Translations under genes and position numbers: made by a program
Part shown: piece after piece, positions 26,794 to 40,214 of the stretch
How the letters are laid out: the number at the start of each line of letters is the position of its first letter
Position numbering within the stretch: the stretch's first letter is position 1
The notes under the pieces: generated by a model
What the model was told of the DNA's origin: nothing
Databases searched by the model: none
What the model saw: the letters and a program-made list of their open reading frames with translations, nothing else
NCBI RefSeq assembly: GCF_006345805.1
Contig: NC_043000.1
Coordinates: 36,332,001-36,396,000 of the forward strand
From: Octopus sinensis
Lineage: Eukaryota
DNA length: 64,000 nt
Direction of reading: 5' to 3'

Positions 26794-27479
26794 AGACGAT
26801 ATATATATATATACACATACACACAAACAGATAGAGTGAGAGGGGGAAATGGAGAGGGAGGAAGAGTGTGGGGAAGGAGTGGAAGAGAGAGAGAGAGAGA
26901 CCGCGCTGTATGCGTGTCTTAATGCAGATCCTTCCTGAAGTGGAAAATTTACTGTGGTATTCGTCCAGAGACAGTACTTCTTATAGACCTGGTGTGCTTA
27001 AACGTAAAACATATATAATCGGGACCGGACAAATGCCATCCAGCAATTCCCGATAATAATGGAGAGACGCATTTCTGCGTCGTTGAGAGTTATCAGCAGA
27101 ATCTCTTTGACATTCAACTGCTTGCTAAAACGAAATATTTCGCTATCGATATAGGAAATAACTGAATGAACCATCATGAGTTTGCAAATATCTGCATGGC
27201 ATGAGCATTAGCAACAGATTAAAAATTCTTTGTAACATACTTAATGCTGATGACACCTTTGCAGCACTCTCCCGACAACCATCCACTCGATGGATCTGTT
27301 CCGGGTAGGCATTGTTGATGATGGTTTTTATGAGTTTGGTATTCGTCCGGAAATGATACTTCATATGGGTGTACTGTGTGTAAGAAAACATAATATACAT
27401 CAGTAGTAGAGGAATATCGGCCAACAGCGGCTTCTGAGAGTGCTTGATGAATATTTGTATCTAATCAAGTTAAGACGCG

Positions 27480-27790
27480 CGACTAAGAGGTTTGGGCATT
27501 TAGCTTACGATCCTAAGGTCGCGAGTTCTATATCTGCCAATGCATGGTATCCTTGAGCAAGACACTTTATTTCACCATATTCCTGTTCACTCACCAGGCA
27601 AAAACGAATAGTAACTCTATTTCAAAGGGCCAGCCTTGCCACATCGTATGTCATGCTCAATCTCTTTGAGAACTACGTTAAAGGTAAGCCTAACTATGGC
27701 GTACTCAGCCACTTTCAATTTATTTCACGAGCAGGCTATTCTGTTGATCGGATCAACGGGAATAATCATCGTCGTAAGCGACGAAGTGCC
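27480..27790 (+). mobile_element. Hybrid SINE as at 11020
   Basis: CCTTGAGCAAGACACTTTATTTCAC module joined to the family A tail. Confidence 0.75.
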
Positions 27791-27859
27791 AGTAAAATTG
27801 TAAAGACGAAATCTGCCATCAATTAAATTAAAATGCACAGAGTTGTACAATAACAATAA

Positions 27860-28040
27860 TTAGTAGTAGTAGTAGTAATAATAGTAGTAGTTGTGGTAGT
27901 AATAGTAGTAGTAATAGTAGTAGTAGTGGTAGTAGTAGTGGTAGTAGTAGTAATGGTAGTAGTAGTACTAGAAGTAATATTAGTAGTACCAGTAAAAGTA
28001 GTAGTAATAGTAGTAGTAGTAGTAGTAGTGGTAGTAGTGA

Positions 28041-28081
<41 letters not shown>

Positions 28082-28358
28082 ATGGTAGTAGTAGTACTTG
28101 AAGTAATATTAGTAGTACTAGTAAAAGTAGTAGTAATAATAGTAGTAATAGTAGTAGTAGTAAAAGTAGTAGTAGTGGTAGTAGTAGTAGCAGTAGTGAT
28201 AGTAGTAGTAGTATTAATCGTACCATTAATACTAGCAGTAGTAATAGTAGTACTGAGAGTAGTAGTAGGAGTAATATTAGTCGTCGTAGTAGTAGTGATA
28301 GTAGTAATAGTAGTACTGATAGTAGTAGTAGTAATAGTAGCAGCAGCAGTAGTAGTGA

Positions 28359-28395
<37 letters not shown>

Positions 28396-28439
28396 AGTGG
28401 TGGTGGTGGTACTAGTAGTAGTAATAGTGGTTGTGGTAC

Positions 28440-28488
<49 letters not shown>

Positions 28489-28505
28489 TGTAGTGGTAGT
28501 AGTAT
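27860..28505. repeat. (AGT)n compound microsatellite, about 645 bp
   Basis: Direct reading; source of the poly-T/V/L ORFs. Confidence 0.97.
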
Positions 28506-28589
28506 GTAGGCATGCGATGTAACCGCGCATCACTGCATGCACCATTTGTTGGTGATTCCACATTGCTGGCCGATGACTCTTTGCATTTC

Positions 28590-28790
28590 TGGCGAGGGTT
28601 TTATGTGTTGCAATCCTGTCTTAACCTCTTTTAGTTACCTTTTACAACACGCTGAGGAAACGTCAGCTGTTTCCTTCGACATTCCGGTCGCCAAACAATG
28701 TGAAACGAAGTGTTTTGCTCAACAACAGAACACACCGCCCCATCCGAGAATCGAACCAACGACTTGATGATTTTGAGTACAGCACCCTAA
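28590..28790 (-). mobile_element. Decayed tRNA-derived SINE head; probable donor of 25839-26039
   Basis: Minus GGTTAGGGTGCTGTACTC...GGTTCGATTCTCGG; the A-box-like start continues here only. Confidence 0.75.
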
Positions 28791-29271
28791 CCAGTAGGTC
28801 ACGAGAAGAAGTACCAACACTTCGAAATGGTGAGTTTGAACAATAGTGAAGATCTGTTGACTTGAAACCATTGGTTGCTTTGTTAACAGACAAAAATCTA
28901 TATCTATCTCTCTCTGTGTGTGTGTGTGTGTGGTGTGGTGTGTGTGTGTGTGTGCGTATGACTGTCACAAATTATTGATGCATGTTCATCTGTTTATTCT
29001 CGAAATATGACCTTCTCATTGGTTGAGTACATCACAGCTTTCAGTGCATTTTCAGGCAGAGCCATTGAGGTTGCGCGTCTGAAGGTCGGACATTTCAATT
29101 GCTTGTACAATTCATCTGATGGGCCTCCACAGCCAAGTCTTACTACAATAGACACTTACGCATCTGCATACATATATACTCAGACACACATTCACACACT
29201 CACACACGCATCTGCACACATGCACACACATTCATACACACGTACACACACACACATACACACACACGCAC

Positions 29272-29302
<31 letters not shown>

Positions 29303-29869
29303 AACTTATGTGTGTGTGTGTCTTTATACCTGTGTTTTTTACCCAACTAGTGAACAACCGCAGTCGGTCTGTTTACTTCCCCATAACCAGCGGTTCGACA
29401 AAAACGACCGATAGAATATGTACTAGACACACAAAAAAAAAAATCAGAAGAAATTGCTAGTTGTAATATTTCTTCGGCTAAAAACCTTTGAAGTCATTGC
29501 CCCAGCTTGGCAGAAAATTTAATGACGGAAACAAGTAAAACATGGCCCCAGCATGGCCACAGCCCGTGAGCTGAAACTAGAATCAATCAATCAATATACT
29601 TACACGCACACACACGTAACGATACACACGTACACATTTACACTCACTCACACATTGATACGTGCAAACACACATACATACAGACATTCTGTAAATGCAT
29701 ACCTTCGTATGCAGCCACAGGAGGTGTTGCCTTCGGGTTTGTGTCTGTGTGTTCTCTGCGTCGATATCAACCATGCGATATTAAACGAGTTCAGAGATAT
29801 ACATGCGTAAGTTAAAGTGGATATCTGATACAAATATATAGCGAGAGATGTGAACGCATAAGTTCGTGT

Positions 29870-29988
29870 GATAATACATACATACATACATACATACATA
29901 CATACATACATACATACATACATACATACATAAATACATACATACATGCATACATTCGTATGTATATAAATAAATACAGAACTACATG

Positions 29989-30033
<45 letters not shown>

Positions 30034-30226
30034 ACTGAAGACTGAGGGGTTCGAATGTCCTGTCCATGTTTATTGTATCGTCTTCTATGAGTTATACGTT
30101 CTTGTCCATGTTGTATTTTTCTACATACCTTAATATATATATATATATATATATAGATAGATAGATAGATAGATAGATAGATGATAGATAGATAGATATC
30201 CCTATATCTGCAATAGACGCACGCAC

Positions 30227-30264
<38 letters not shown>

Positions 30265-30460
30265 TAATGTACCTATAATATTTTTGTCGGTGTGTGGGTG
30301 GGTGTGTACGAATATATATATACACACCCATACACATATATTCAAGTATACAACATGCATATCTATATTAATCAGTAAATACGCTCATACATAAATACAT
30401 ACTTGCATGCGTCCATACATATACATACATACATAACACACACACATATATACATACTTG

Positions 30461-30517
<57 letters not shown>

Positions 30518-30872
30518 GTATGTATGTATATACACATGCATACATGCCTACATGGTACATATGTATACATACATGCATACATACGTACATGCCTACATAT
30601 ATATACAAACATTTATATATATATATGCTATATATGTAAATATGATATGTGTATATCTGATGTAGCTATCTATTCCTCAGTATATTTATCTAACTATACA
30701 TACATACATACTACATACATACATAATACACATGCATACATATATGTAATACATATATATATATATATGTATACATATATATATATATATGTATGCATAT
30801 ATATATAATGTATACATATATATATGGATGCCTATATATATATAGATATATATATATATATATATTATATAA

Positions 30873-30925
<53 letters not shown>

Positions 30926-30940
30926 GAGAAAGAGAGAGTC

Positions 30941-30972
<32 letters not shown>

Positions 30973-31594
30973 TATCCCTATATGTGCAATAGAGGCGACG
31001 CACGCACAGATGTAAATATGCATCCATGTGTGTATGTCCGTGCTTACGTCTATCCTTGTGCAACTAGGTGTGGGTGGTTGACTATCATAATATATACATT
31101 GAAATCCACTACACACGCGTGCATGCACGTGTACGTACATACTTACACACACAGAGGCACTCACACCCAAATATTTATGAACACCCCCCTCATACACACA
31201 CTTATATATACATATATATGCATATAGTATATATAGTATATGTATGTATATATATATATATATACATGCACACAAACATATATACATACACACACACATA
31301 TGTTTTGCATTTTGTGCGTATGGCTATAAGTGCATTGTCTCTCTCTCTCTCTCTACCTCTCTCCCTTTTTCTCTGTATGTGTGTGTGTGTGTATGTGTGT
31401 GTGTGTTTGTCTGTGTGTGTGTGTGTGTGTTTGTGTGCGCGTGTATATTGATGCGTGCGCATTTTTAAATTCCTCTCTATTTCGTCTCTCTTTTTGGGAT
31501 GGTTGAATGTGTGTGCGTATTCGTGTGTGCGTGTATAATACGTGAGAAGATGAACAGGAGAGAGAGAGAGAGAGGGGGAGAGAAAGGGAGCAAT

Positions 31595-31639
<45 letters not shown>

Positions 31640-31960
31640 AATATGGAATCAAAGTCGATAGGAGAAGAGTAGCAGAGATAGTGATGTATGTATGTGTATG
31701 TCTGTATATTTGCGTGTATGCGTGTGTGCTAGTGTGTGTATGTGTGCATAGCTGCAGTTGATTGTGCATGCGTGAGTGCATGCCTGCGCCCGCACGCATG
31801 TACGTTTGTGCGCGTGTGTTTGTGTTTATGTGTGCGGGCGTGCTTGCGCGTGCACGCGTATGTATTTGTGCTTCTTTCGGCGTGTATGCATTCTAAATAT
31901 GCGCGCGTATGTGAGCGTGCGTGCGTGTATGCATGCTTGCACGTTCCCGCATGAGTGTGT
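29870..31960. repeat. About 2-kb microsatellite field: (TACA)n, (TA)n, (ATAG)n, (GA)n, (TG)n
   Basis: Direct reading. Confidence 0.95.
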
Positions 31961-32117
31961 GTGCGTGTATGTCTCTGTTCGCATGCCTGGGTGCGTGCCT
32001 ATAACACTAGATGTAGATCTGTACACGCGTGGCGCATATGTATACATATATATTTATACACATATGGTGTGTGTGTATGTATGTGTGTCGGCATTGACTT
32101 GTCGTCGTCCTTGGCAA

Positions 32118-32246
32118 CCAATAATGACGTCAAAGCTCGCAGAATACCAGGGCATGGCTTATTATTGGAGCGACATCTGAGCGTACTATATTAGTGTGGT
32201 TATGCAGTGGAAAGCAGCGAGTCCCGCAATGCGCGCCACCTGGTGG
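32118..32246. promoter_or_regulatory. CCAAT + CRE + CTCF-like motif island
   Basis: CCAAT 32118-32122; TGACGTCA 32125-32132; ATTGG 32164-32168; CCACCAGGTGGCGC on minus at 32233-32246; motif match only. Confidence 0.4.
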
Positions 32247-32272
32247 ATATACATACACACATACATACATAC

Positions 32273-32314
<42 letters not shown>

Positions 32315-32594
32315 TATATATATACATATTATTAGCGTGGTGGGGGTGGTGAGGTGGTGATGATGCAAGTTATAGTGGTGGGGAGGGGGGTTGAGGGTGG
32401 GGGTGGGGTTGTTGTCTATTCTTAGCCTAAGTAAACAAATAAATTAATTAAACACACCGTAGAGCGCACCTGCACATCTGCTTTGATCATTAAAAACAAA
32501 TAACTCAACCACCATCACAACAACAACAACAACAACATCAGCATCAGTTGAACAGAAATATATATATGGTCAATACAGATTAATACATGCATAG

Positions 32595-32638
<44 letters not shown>

Positions 32639-32714
32639 GTGTGTGTGTGTGTGTGTATGTGCGCGCGCACGTGTGTGAATGATAACTGTATATATTGTAT
32701 GCGGGTGTAGATTA

Positions 32715-33217
32715 TGTTTTAAAAATAGTATACATTTTTATATTCAAATTTATGCCTATGTTAATTTGCATTTATATATATATGCATATACACGCGTGTA
32801 TATATCATAGTTATGTATACCGATGTGCGTAAAGTATGTTTTAAAAATAGAATATATATTTGTATTCAAATTTATGCTTGACATGTTTTGCATACATGCG
32901 TACGTATTATGCAGCCAGGTGTATACATCATAGTTACGTTTATCTAACTGTTGCGAATATGTTTTTTAAAAATATATATACTTGAATCCAAATTTATGCA
33001 TTTCCTAATTTGCATTGGTATATATATATATATGCATGGGTATACATGAAAGCTATATACGCTTATGTGTGTAATATAAGCATATAATTTGAGAATGATA
33101 TATATATATATATTTAATTTTGCTTTCGAAATTTTAAAAACTAGGGAGTTTTGTAAACAAATATATGTTCATCTTAATTTGGATGCTTACCTATGCATAT
33201 ACATGGGTGTGTATATG
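32715..33217. repeat. Degenerate tandem repeat, unit about 122 bp, 3-4 copies
   Basis: ATGTTTTAAAAATAG...TTCAAATTTATGC recurs at about 32715, 32837 and 32959. Confidence 0.7.
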
Positions 33218-33432
33218 CTTTTCTTCTCTAGGCACAAGGCCCGAAATTTTTTGAGGGATGGGCGTCAGTCGATTAGATCGACGCCAGTACGCAACTGGTG
33301 CTTAATTTATCGACCCCGAAAGGATGAAAGGCAAAGTCGACCTCGGCGGAATTTGAACTCAGAACGTAAAGATAGACGAAATGCCGCTAAGCATTTCGCC
33401 CGGCGTGCTAACGACCCTGACAGCTCGCCGCC
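33218..33432 (-). mobile_element. SINE family C, full length with 18-bp TSD
   Basis: TACATGGGTGTGTATATG at 33200-33217 and 33433-33450. Confidence 0.93.
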
Positions 33433-33955
33433 TACATGGGTGTGTATATGATTATATATTGCTGTATGCATAGAATCTATGTGAAAAATTGTTGATACTT
33501 TTGTTACTATGCATGCATATAAGTGTGCATGTATGTAAGTGTGCAGGCAGGCATTGACGCTTATGTTGGTTTATAAAGTTGCGGATATGCAACTGCATAC
33601 AATTACGCTGAGACAAAGCTGAAATATATAGGAATGTAGTGACTGATCGGATATGGTGTTTTTGTACTTATGATGGTAGATATTACTGTATGACCCTCAC
33701 TTTTTCTGCCTGCCCGTTCGTTTGTCTGCCTCTCTGTTTGTCTGTCTGCCCCCTCTCTCTCCACATACCCCCACACACAAACACACATATTAAAAGAAAG
33801 ATGTATACGTGTACGCTTGTTTGTGTGTGTATGATTATTTATGTATGTACAAACAAGTATATATTTATACATAGATATGTGCGCGCGTATTGGTAATTGA
33901 CTGTATCTGGTTATGTTTGCATGTATGTATGTATGTATGTATGTATGTATGTATG

Positions 33956-33986
<31 letters not shown>

Positions 33987-34356
33987 GAATGAATGTATTT
34001 ATCTATCTATCTGTCTGTCTGTCTATCTGTCTGTCTATATGTGTGTGTGCTTTTGCGTGTAAGCATGTCCATACATATATACATAATATGTATATATATA
34101 TTTAACTTGCACAGAAATAATGGGTTAAATGCATTTATTTATTTATTACAGGGTTACAACTGCTTCAGATATGTATTTGCATGCGTTCGTGGTTCAATTT
34201 TATCAATCGATCGACCGATCGATAGATTGACTGAATATAGGGAACCACCGTCACAACGACACATTCTTCAGAGCTAAAACAAATCAACGAATAAAAACGA
34301 CAGCATGGGGACGCGCAGAAGAAATTTATTAGCCTCACGCTCGGTGATAGGAAAGA

Positions 34357-34391
34357 GTTTGACGTTTCGAGCCTAGATCTTCGTCAGAAAG
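34357..34391 (-). ncRNA. Minimal type I hammerhead ribozyme motif
   Basis: Minus UUU-CUGACGA-A-GAUC(UAG)GCUC-GAAA-CG-UC-AAA; one stem II mismatch. Confidence 0.6.
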
Positions 34392-34462
34392 GAGAAAGGG
34401 AAACGTCCAAAGGGGGAAGAAATTGTCAGAACGTGTGTAGTTATATATATATATGTGTGTGT

Positions 34463-34495
<33 letters not shown>

Positions 34496-34496
34496 A

Positions 34497-34830
34497 AGGC
34501 GCATAGCTCTGTGGTTAGAGCGTGGAGCTTACGATCGTAAGGTTGTGAGTTCGATTGCCGGACCGGGCTGCGTGTTGTCTTCTTGAGCAAGACACTTTAT
34601 TTCACGTTGCTCCATTTCACTCAACTGTAGAAATGAGTTGCGACGTCACAGGTGCCAAGATGCTTCGGCCCCTTTGCCTTTCCCTTGGACGACATCAGTG
34701 GCGTAGAGAAGGGAGGCCGGTATGCATGGGCGACTGCTGGTCTTCCATAACCAAACTTGCCCGGGCTTGTGCCTTGGAGGGTAACTTCCTAGGTGCAATC
34801 CCATGGTCAATCACGACCGAAGGGGGTCTT
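34497..34830 (+). mobile_element. tRNA-derived SINE, family E (different tail)
   Basis: GTGGTTAGAGCG...GAGTTCGATTGCC head; TTGAGCAAGACACTTTATTTCACGTTGCTCC module; unique tail ending CCGAAGGGGGTCTT. Confidence 0.85.
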
Positions 34831-34856
34831 AGCATGTGTGTGTGTGTATGTATGTG

Positions 34857-34929
<73 letters not shown>

Positions 34930-36059
34930 TTAAAAGGGCAGGCAACAGGTTGCTCCGCCACATACCGAAGGAATTAGAAATGGCAGTCAAAGACTGTTTA
35001 TTTCCATTTTCTACAAGTGGAGGTTCCATATACGACAAACCCTACGATTCACATACGCAAAATCGGAGTAGCAAATAAACGAAAACAATCTCTTACCGTT
35101 AATGATGAACATGTTTCTAGATCGTAGGCTAGAAATTGCCAAATTTCTTTCGTCAACACCATATTCGATAGATTTATCAAATGCCACCAGCCTCCACCTC
35201 TGACCAGGCGACATCAAATAGTGGGGGGAAGTGTGCAAATGTTAAAACATATATATATTCAGTTGAATTAGGTACTTAAGTTGAATCACCAAGCCAGTCC
35301 GGTATCGTTCGCGCAGCTCGAAGTGAGGTGATTTTATTTACCTTATTTTGATATATATATATTCTTTTATTCTTTTACTCTTTTACTCATTTCAGCCATG
35401 CGCCTGCGGTCATGCTGGATAAATACCACCGTGGTCTTTCTGATTTCTTCAGCCTGGGGCATTTCACATCACCACTCCTGTCTGTCCTTTTGTCCCACCC
35501 GTTGGCCCATTTGGTGTATAAGGGAGTTTGATTCCTCTGCCCTCGTCTGCACCTCATGTTGGCGAAGGCATCGACTTTTATCTTATATATTTATTTGCTT
35601 TTAGGTTCAGTTATAATAAAAACAATTCTGCCTCAATCGGATGAGTCACCGTACATTTGTAGATCACAAACTTATTATGCTTAAACAAAAATATCATTGA
35701 TAGTGTCTTCGAAGTTTCAGCCGGTTAAGCCATCGCCGATGTATGAATACTCATGCGAGGGTACATGAGTCGTACGTCTATCAAGGTTGATCAATTACCT
35801 GCAAGCTTTGTCAAGACAGGCCACGAATGATTATCCAAGAAATATGTCCGCCATTTTCACCAGTGCAGCGGTCCACCAGAGACCCCGTAGGTGTTGCAGT
35901 TGGAACGCAAACAGGCAGAATAGATACGGCAAGGAATTTAGTCCGACTTTGTCACAGTTTCATGATTCCACAGTCAATGCTAGCACCGGTGGAATTTGAA
36001 CCTCGAACCCATACGTTCGGAACAACTATCTCACGGCATTCAATCCAACGCTTTAACGA

Positions 36060-37510
36060 TCGTTCCGCTTAGCCCGCATCCCCAAGAGATGATATTAGTT
36101 CTTAAATATCACATAGTTGGCAACCGGTGTGGTCAAGGTCATTTAGAAAGCGGTATTCAGAGAGATACGGAGCTGTTAACGTCCCCACACTTTCTGTTTG
36201 ATGGCAGTGCCTTTGTCTTGAATGAAACCAAGACTTTGCCTAATGAAATAGACCCCACAATTACCACAATCGCAAAGCGAGAAGGAATTATAGTGTCTCT
36301 CTGAAGGCAATGGTTACTGTTGAAAAAACCTTTTGGCGATCATGTGCGCTTTGCACAAATCTTCATAGAAGATAGCCCATGTTGGTGGCGGTGGTGCTGA
36401 CATCTATAACAGGGATACCCATGTCGAAAAGGATATAAAATTTCCTTTGACATTAGCAAATGCTTTACAGAAGCACTCAAATATAATTGCTGTCTTTTCT
36501 CTTGGGGTTACTTAGTTCTTATATAACTCTTCTAAGGGCAAGGGTTTGTTGTAGTGTTAACCTGTCTTTGCAGAAGTCGTTTTGGTGTCATTGTCGGATG
36601 GGATCAGTTTGAGATGAAATTCAATTACGGAATATAAAGTTGCAGGTTCTTGAAATTATAGGTTAAAGTGTAATTGTTCTGTAATCCTGCGTTAAGTGAT
36701 CACCATTCTTCGGAAATGGAATAATTGAAGATTTCGAGAAATAAGTCGACTTGTTTCCTTTATAGATCTCGTTACAGGTGTCCAGCAGAATGGACTCTCC
36801 CAGTGGATGATCGAGTTATAATCAGAACTTGATGCTGGTGTTATTTCTTAATACTTTTAGGCTTCTAGAATCTCTGTTATCTGCTAGTTTGTGATTGAAC
36901 AAAAGATTATGGTGCCGAGTACTTCTACTTTACGAAAAATCAACCTGACAATCTGAAATCGTTTATTTGAACGCTAATCAGTGGTCTCCTTCGAAACATG
37001 ATGCATCAGGGAAGCTCTATTGTTAATATCCTCTCAGAGGTTTCCATGTTTTATTATGCTGGTTTTTCACTGTGAAGAATATCAGCTTCTTTAATTGTGG
37101 ATTTGATGTCAGCTTCATTTGCTTTATTGTGCACTTCAACAAGTGAGAATATAATTGAACCTAGATTTCTTATGGCAATCCTTTTAGACCTAAACAATTG
37201 TTTCTGAATCTCTGTAATATTATCCTCTCTGGTCCGTGTAACAGTCTCATAGAAAGCTTAGATTAATGCTTTCTTTCTATCCAATGTTGTAACTCTGTGT
37301 TCATTGATTCGGGTGTCATATATAGCACTGGAATGTTTCTCTTCAAGCCTGTCACAAAGAATGATGAACTTGTTTCATACAGAAACCAAAATGTCCTCTT
37401 GCTTAACATCATCTGCTGCTTCCACCAGTGAATTCGTTTCATAGGATCTTTGGGTGGTACTGGTTGCTCTTACGGTACCTTACTTGGCAGTTTCATGCAA
37501 CAGTACTGAG
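36060..37510 (-). pseudogene. Heavily decayed RTE-type LINE reverse transcriptase
   Basis: Minus frames LLDTCNEIYKGNK, SKSSIIPFPKNGD, QDYRTITL, LQQTLALRRVI, LQRDTIIP (QGD motif remnant); many stops and frameshifts. Confidence 0.75.
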
Positions 37511-37939
37511 CGGACATTTAGTATACAAGAGTGAGCTTTATGCACGTGACTATGTTTTTTTATGTTGATGTACTTCTTTCAAGTTAGGATGTAATCCAGT
37601 TGAAGGAAGATGGCCTCGAGGCTGGTGATATGCATAGAGTCTACATGTACACACACACACACATACACACACACAAACACATACATACAAACACACACAC
37701 ATAAACACACATATAATCGCAAACATACACACACACTTCCAATGGGACGGTTAGACACATCTTCCGTACACTCACAGACACACACACGCAGGCACACACA
37801 GAGGCACACAGAGGCAAACACACAGGCATACACACACAGACACACACACACAGAGGTACACATACATTCACATACACACACGTGCACACGCACATACATA
37901 TAAATGAATGAACATATATTTGTCTGTAGATAAATATTA

Positions 37940-37970
<31 letters not shown>

Positions 37971-38654
37971 CCATGTATATAATACCTATCATGTAAATAA
38001 TATATATATATATATGTATTGTGTGTGTATGTGTGTGTGTGTGTGGTGTGTGGTGTGTTTGGTGTTTGTGTGTGTGTTTGTGTCTTTATAGCGTGAGATA
38101 GAAATGGGATATATACATAAATACATGCATATGGATACGCTCGTGTGTGTATGCATATGTGTACATGCATGCATACAAATATACATGCACATACATACAA
38201 ACACACACATATGTATGAATGTATGTATATATGTATGCATGTATGTATGAGTGAGTGTGTGTATGAACACTGATGGCTACTGTCAGAGAATCGGTTGTCG
38301 CTAAACAAACTGTAACATAAGCAAGAACTGGTTATGCTATAAATGGGCTCCCCAGCGGCAGGAAATCCTACACTAGCAGACTTCGAAATGTAGGTGAATC
38401 GGTAGATTTACGTAAACTACTCAATACGCTAATAGATATACAACAACAACAACAACAACTGCTGCGAAGATGGTGACGATGACGATAACACAGCAACAAC
38501 TCATACAAAAAAGAGAATGATAAAATAATCTTATATAAAGGAATAATGGTTTATATATTCTGTTGTATAAGTGTTCGGTTGATTGTAGTGATTTGCCTGG
38601 GCAACAGTATAAAATGTTCTTCATCTACTTCTTCTTCTTCTTCTTCTTCTTCTT

Positions 38655-39040
38655 ATTGCCTTTACACTGCTTCTAACGCTGGAGATGTACTACAGTGTCA
38701 GCTGTTAACTACCAGTGAACTAAGGTAACGCCTCTTATTTTTCGAGCACCTTCCGGAGTATTCGAGCGGTTCCAAGCAGTGCTGTTTTCTGCAAGTGCTC
38801 CATCCTTTATTGCAGCCCCTATTCGTTCCAGGAACCTCTCGAGATTTTTGCTCACTGTTCCCAGGGCTCCAACAATTATTGGTACTACTACCACCTTTTT
38901 CAGCGACCACAACTGCTTAACATCCCAAGCTAACCTGTCATATCTCTCAACTTGTGTCTCTTCCTTAGCGAATTCCTTGTTGTCAGCTGGGTATGCTATA
39001 TCTATAATCCAGCATAGTTTGTTTTTTTTCTCAATTAAGA
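38655..39040 (-). mobile_element. RLE LINE 3' fragment (R4/Dong-like)
   Basis: WSLKKVVVVPIIVGALGTVSKNLERFLERIG C-terminus plus 3' UTR; (TAA)n upstream at 39085-39150. Confidence 0.85.
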
Positions 39041-39090
39041 CTATGTGTGGTTTCCTGTTCTCATATAATTATCAACATCTTTATCATCAC

Positions 39091-39124
<34 letters not shown>

Positions 39125-39657
39125 GTTGTTGTTATTATTATTATTACTATTATTTCTATCACATTTCCTTCTGTTTCCTCTTTATGATGAAGGGCTATCG
39201 TAGGACTATCGTTTCCTACGACAGTCCTTCATCATAAAGAGGAAACATAGAAGGAAAGGTGGTAGAAAAGAAAGAACACGAAGAAGTAGAAGACGAAGAA
39301 GAAAATGCAACCATGCACATATGCATTATTGTATATATTTCTTTATGTACATTCGTGTATTACCAAACGTGCAGATGTGTATTTGTGTGTTTCAGTATGT
39401 ATGAATATGTGTGTATGTGTGCGTGTGTATCTTTGTCTGTATGTGACATTTAGACGACTGAGAGTACAAAACACGTTTGCTCAGGACATCCCAGTCCATC
39501 GCACACTCACCTCACCACAGTCGCTGGTACTCATTTCTAGTAAGAAGAACTGAATCGGCTTATTATTTGATTGTCTTGCTCAATGACACAGCATACTGCC
39601 TTGCTGTGAAATCGAACCTTGAACCAAGATCGGACAGTGGCCATAACATTCACGTTC

Positions 39658-39689
<32 letters not shown>

Positions 39690-40214
39690 AAGATAGAAAA
39701 TGCTAAAATAATTTTGTAAAAAACATTTCAGTGCCGGTTCCAGTCATTGAGACTTTTCCAACTGTAACAATTAAATAATTAAATTTAGAAAAATTAAAAG
39801 AAAAGTTGTTTTTTTAAAGAATATTTGTATAGTGTTCAAATATAAGTGGCATTTTCCTTGTTTCTGCCTGTCTCTGTCTTTCTTGTTTACTCTTGTGGGT
39901 TTGAGGTCGTTGTGAATTCTTGGTAGGGAAGAAGGAGGAGGAGGAGGAGGAAAAAGAGGAGAAGAAGAAGAAGAATGTGGGAGTGCCATGGCAGTAGTAT
40001 TTTGAATGGTCAGCAAATGACCCACAGTGGATGGTAGCAGTCGCTGTTCAATTCATGAAAATATTTCTTTTGAATGTTTTGTTTATAGAATTTGCGTAGG
40101 TGTTATTCTAAAAATCATTAGTGATAAAGTTAGGAAGAAGAAGAAGAAGAAGAAGAAGAAGAAGAAGAAGAAGAAGAAGAAGAAGAGAAGAAGAAGGAGA
40201 AGAAGAAGAAGAAG

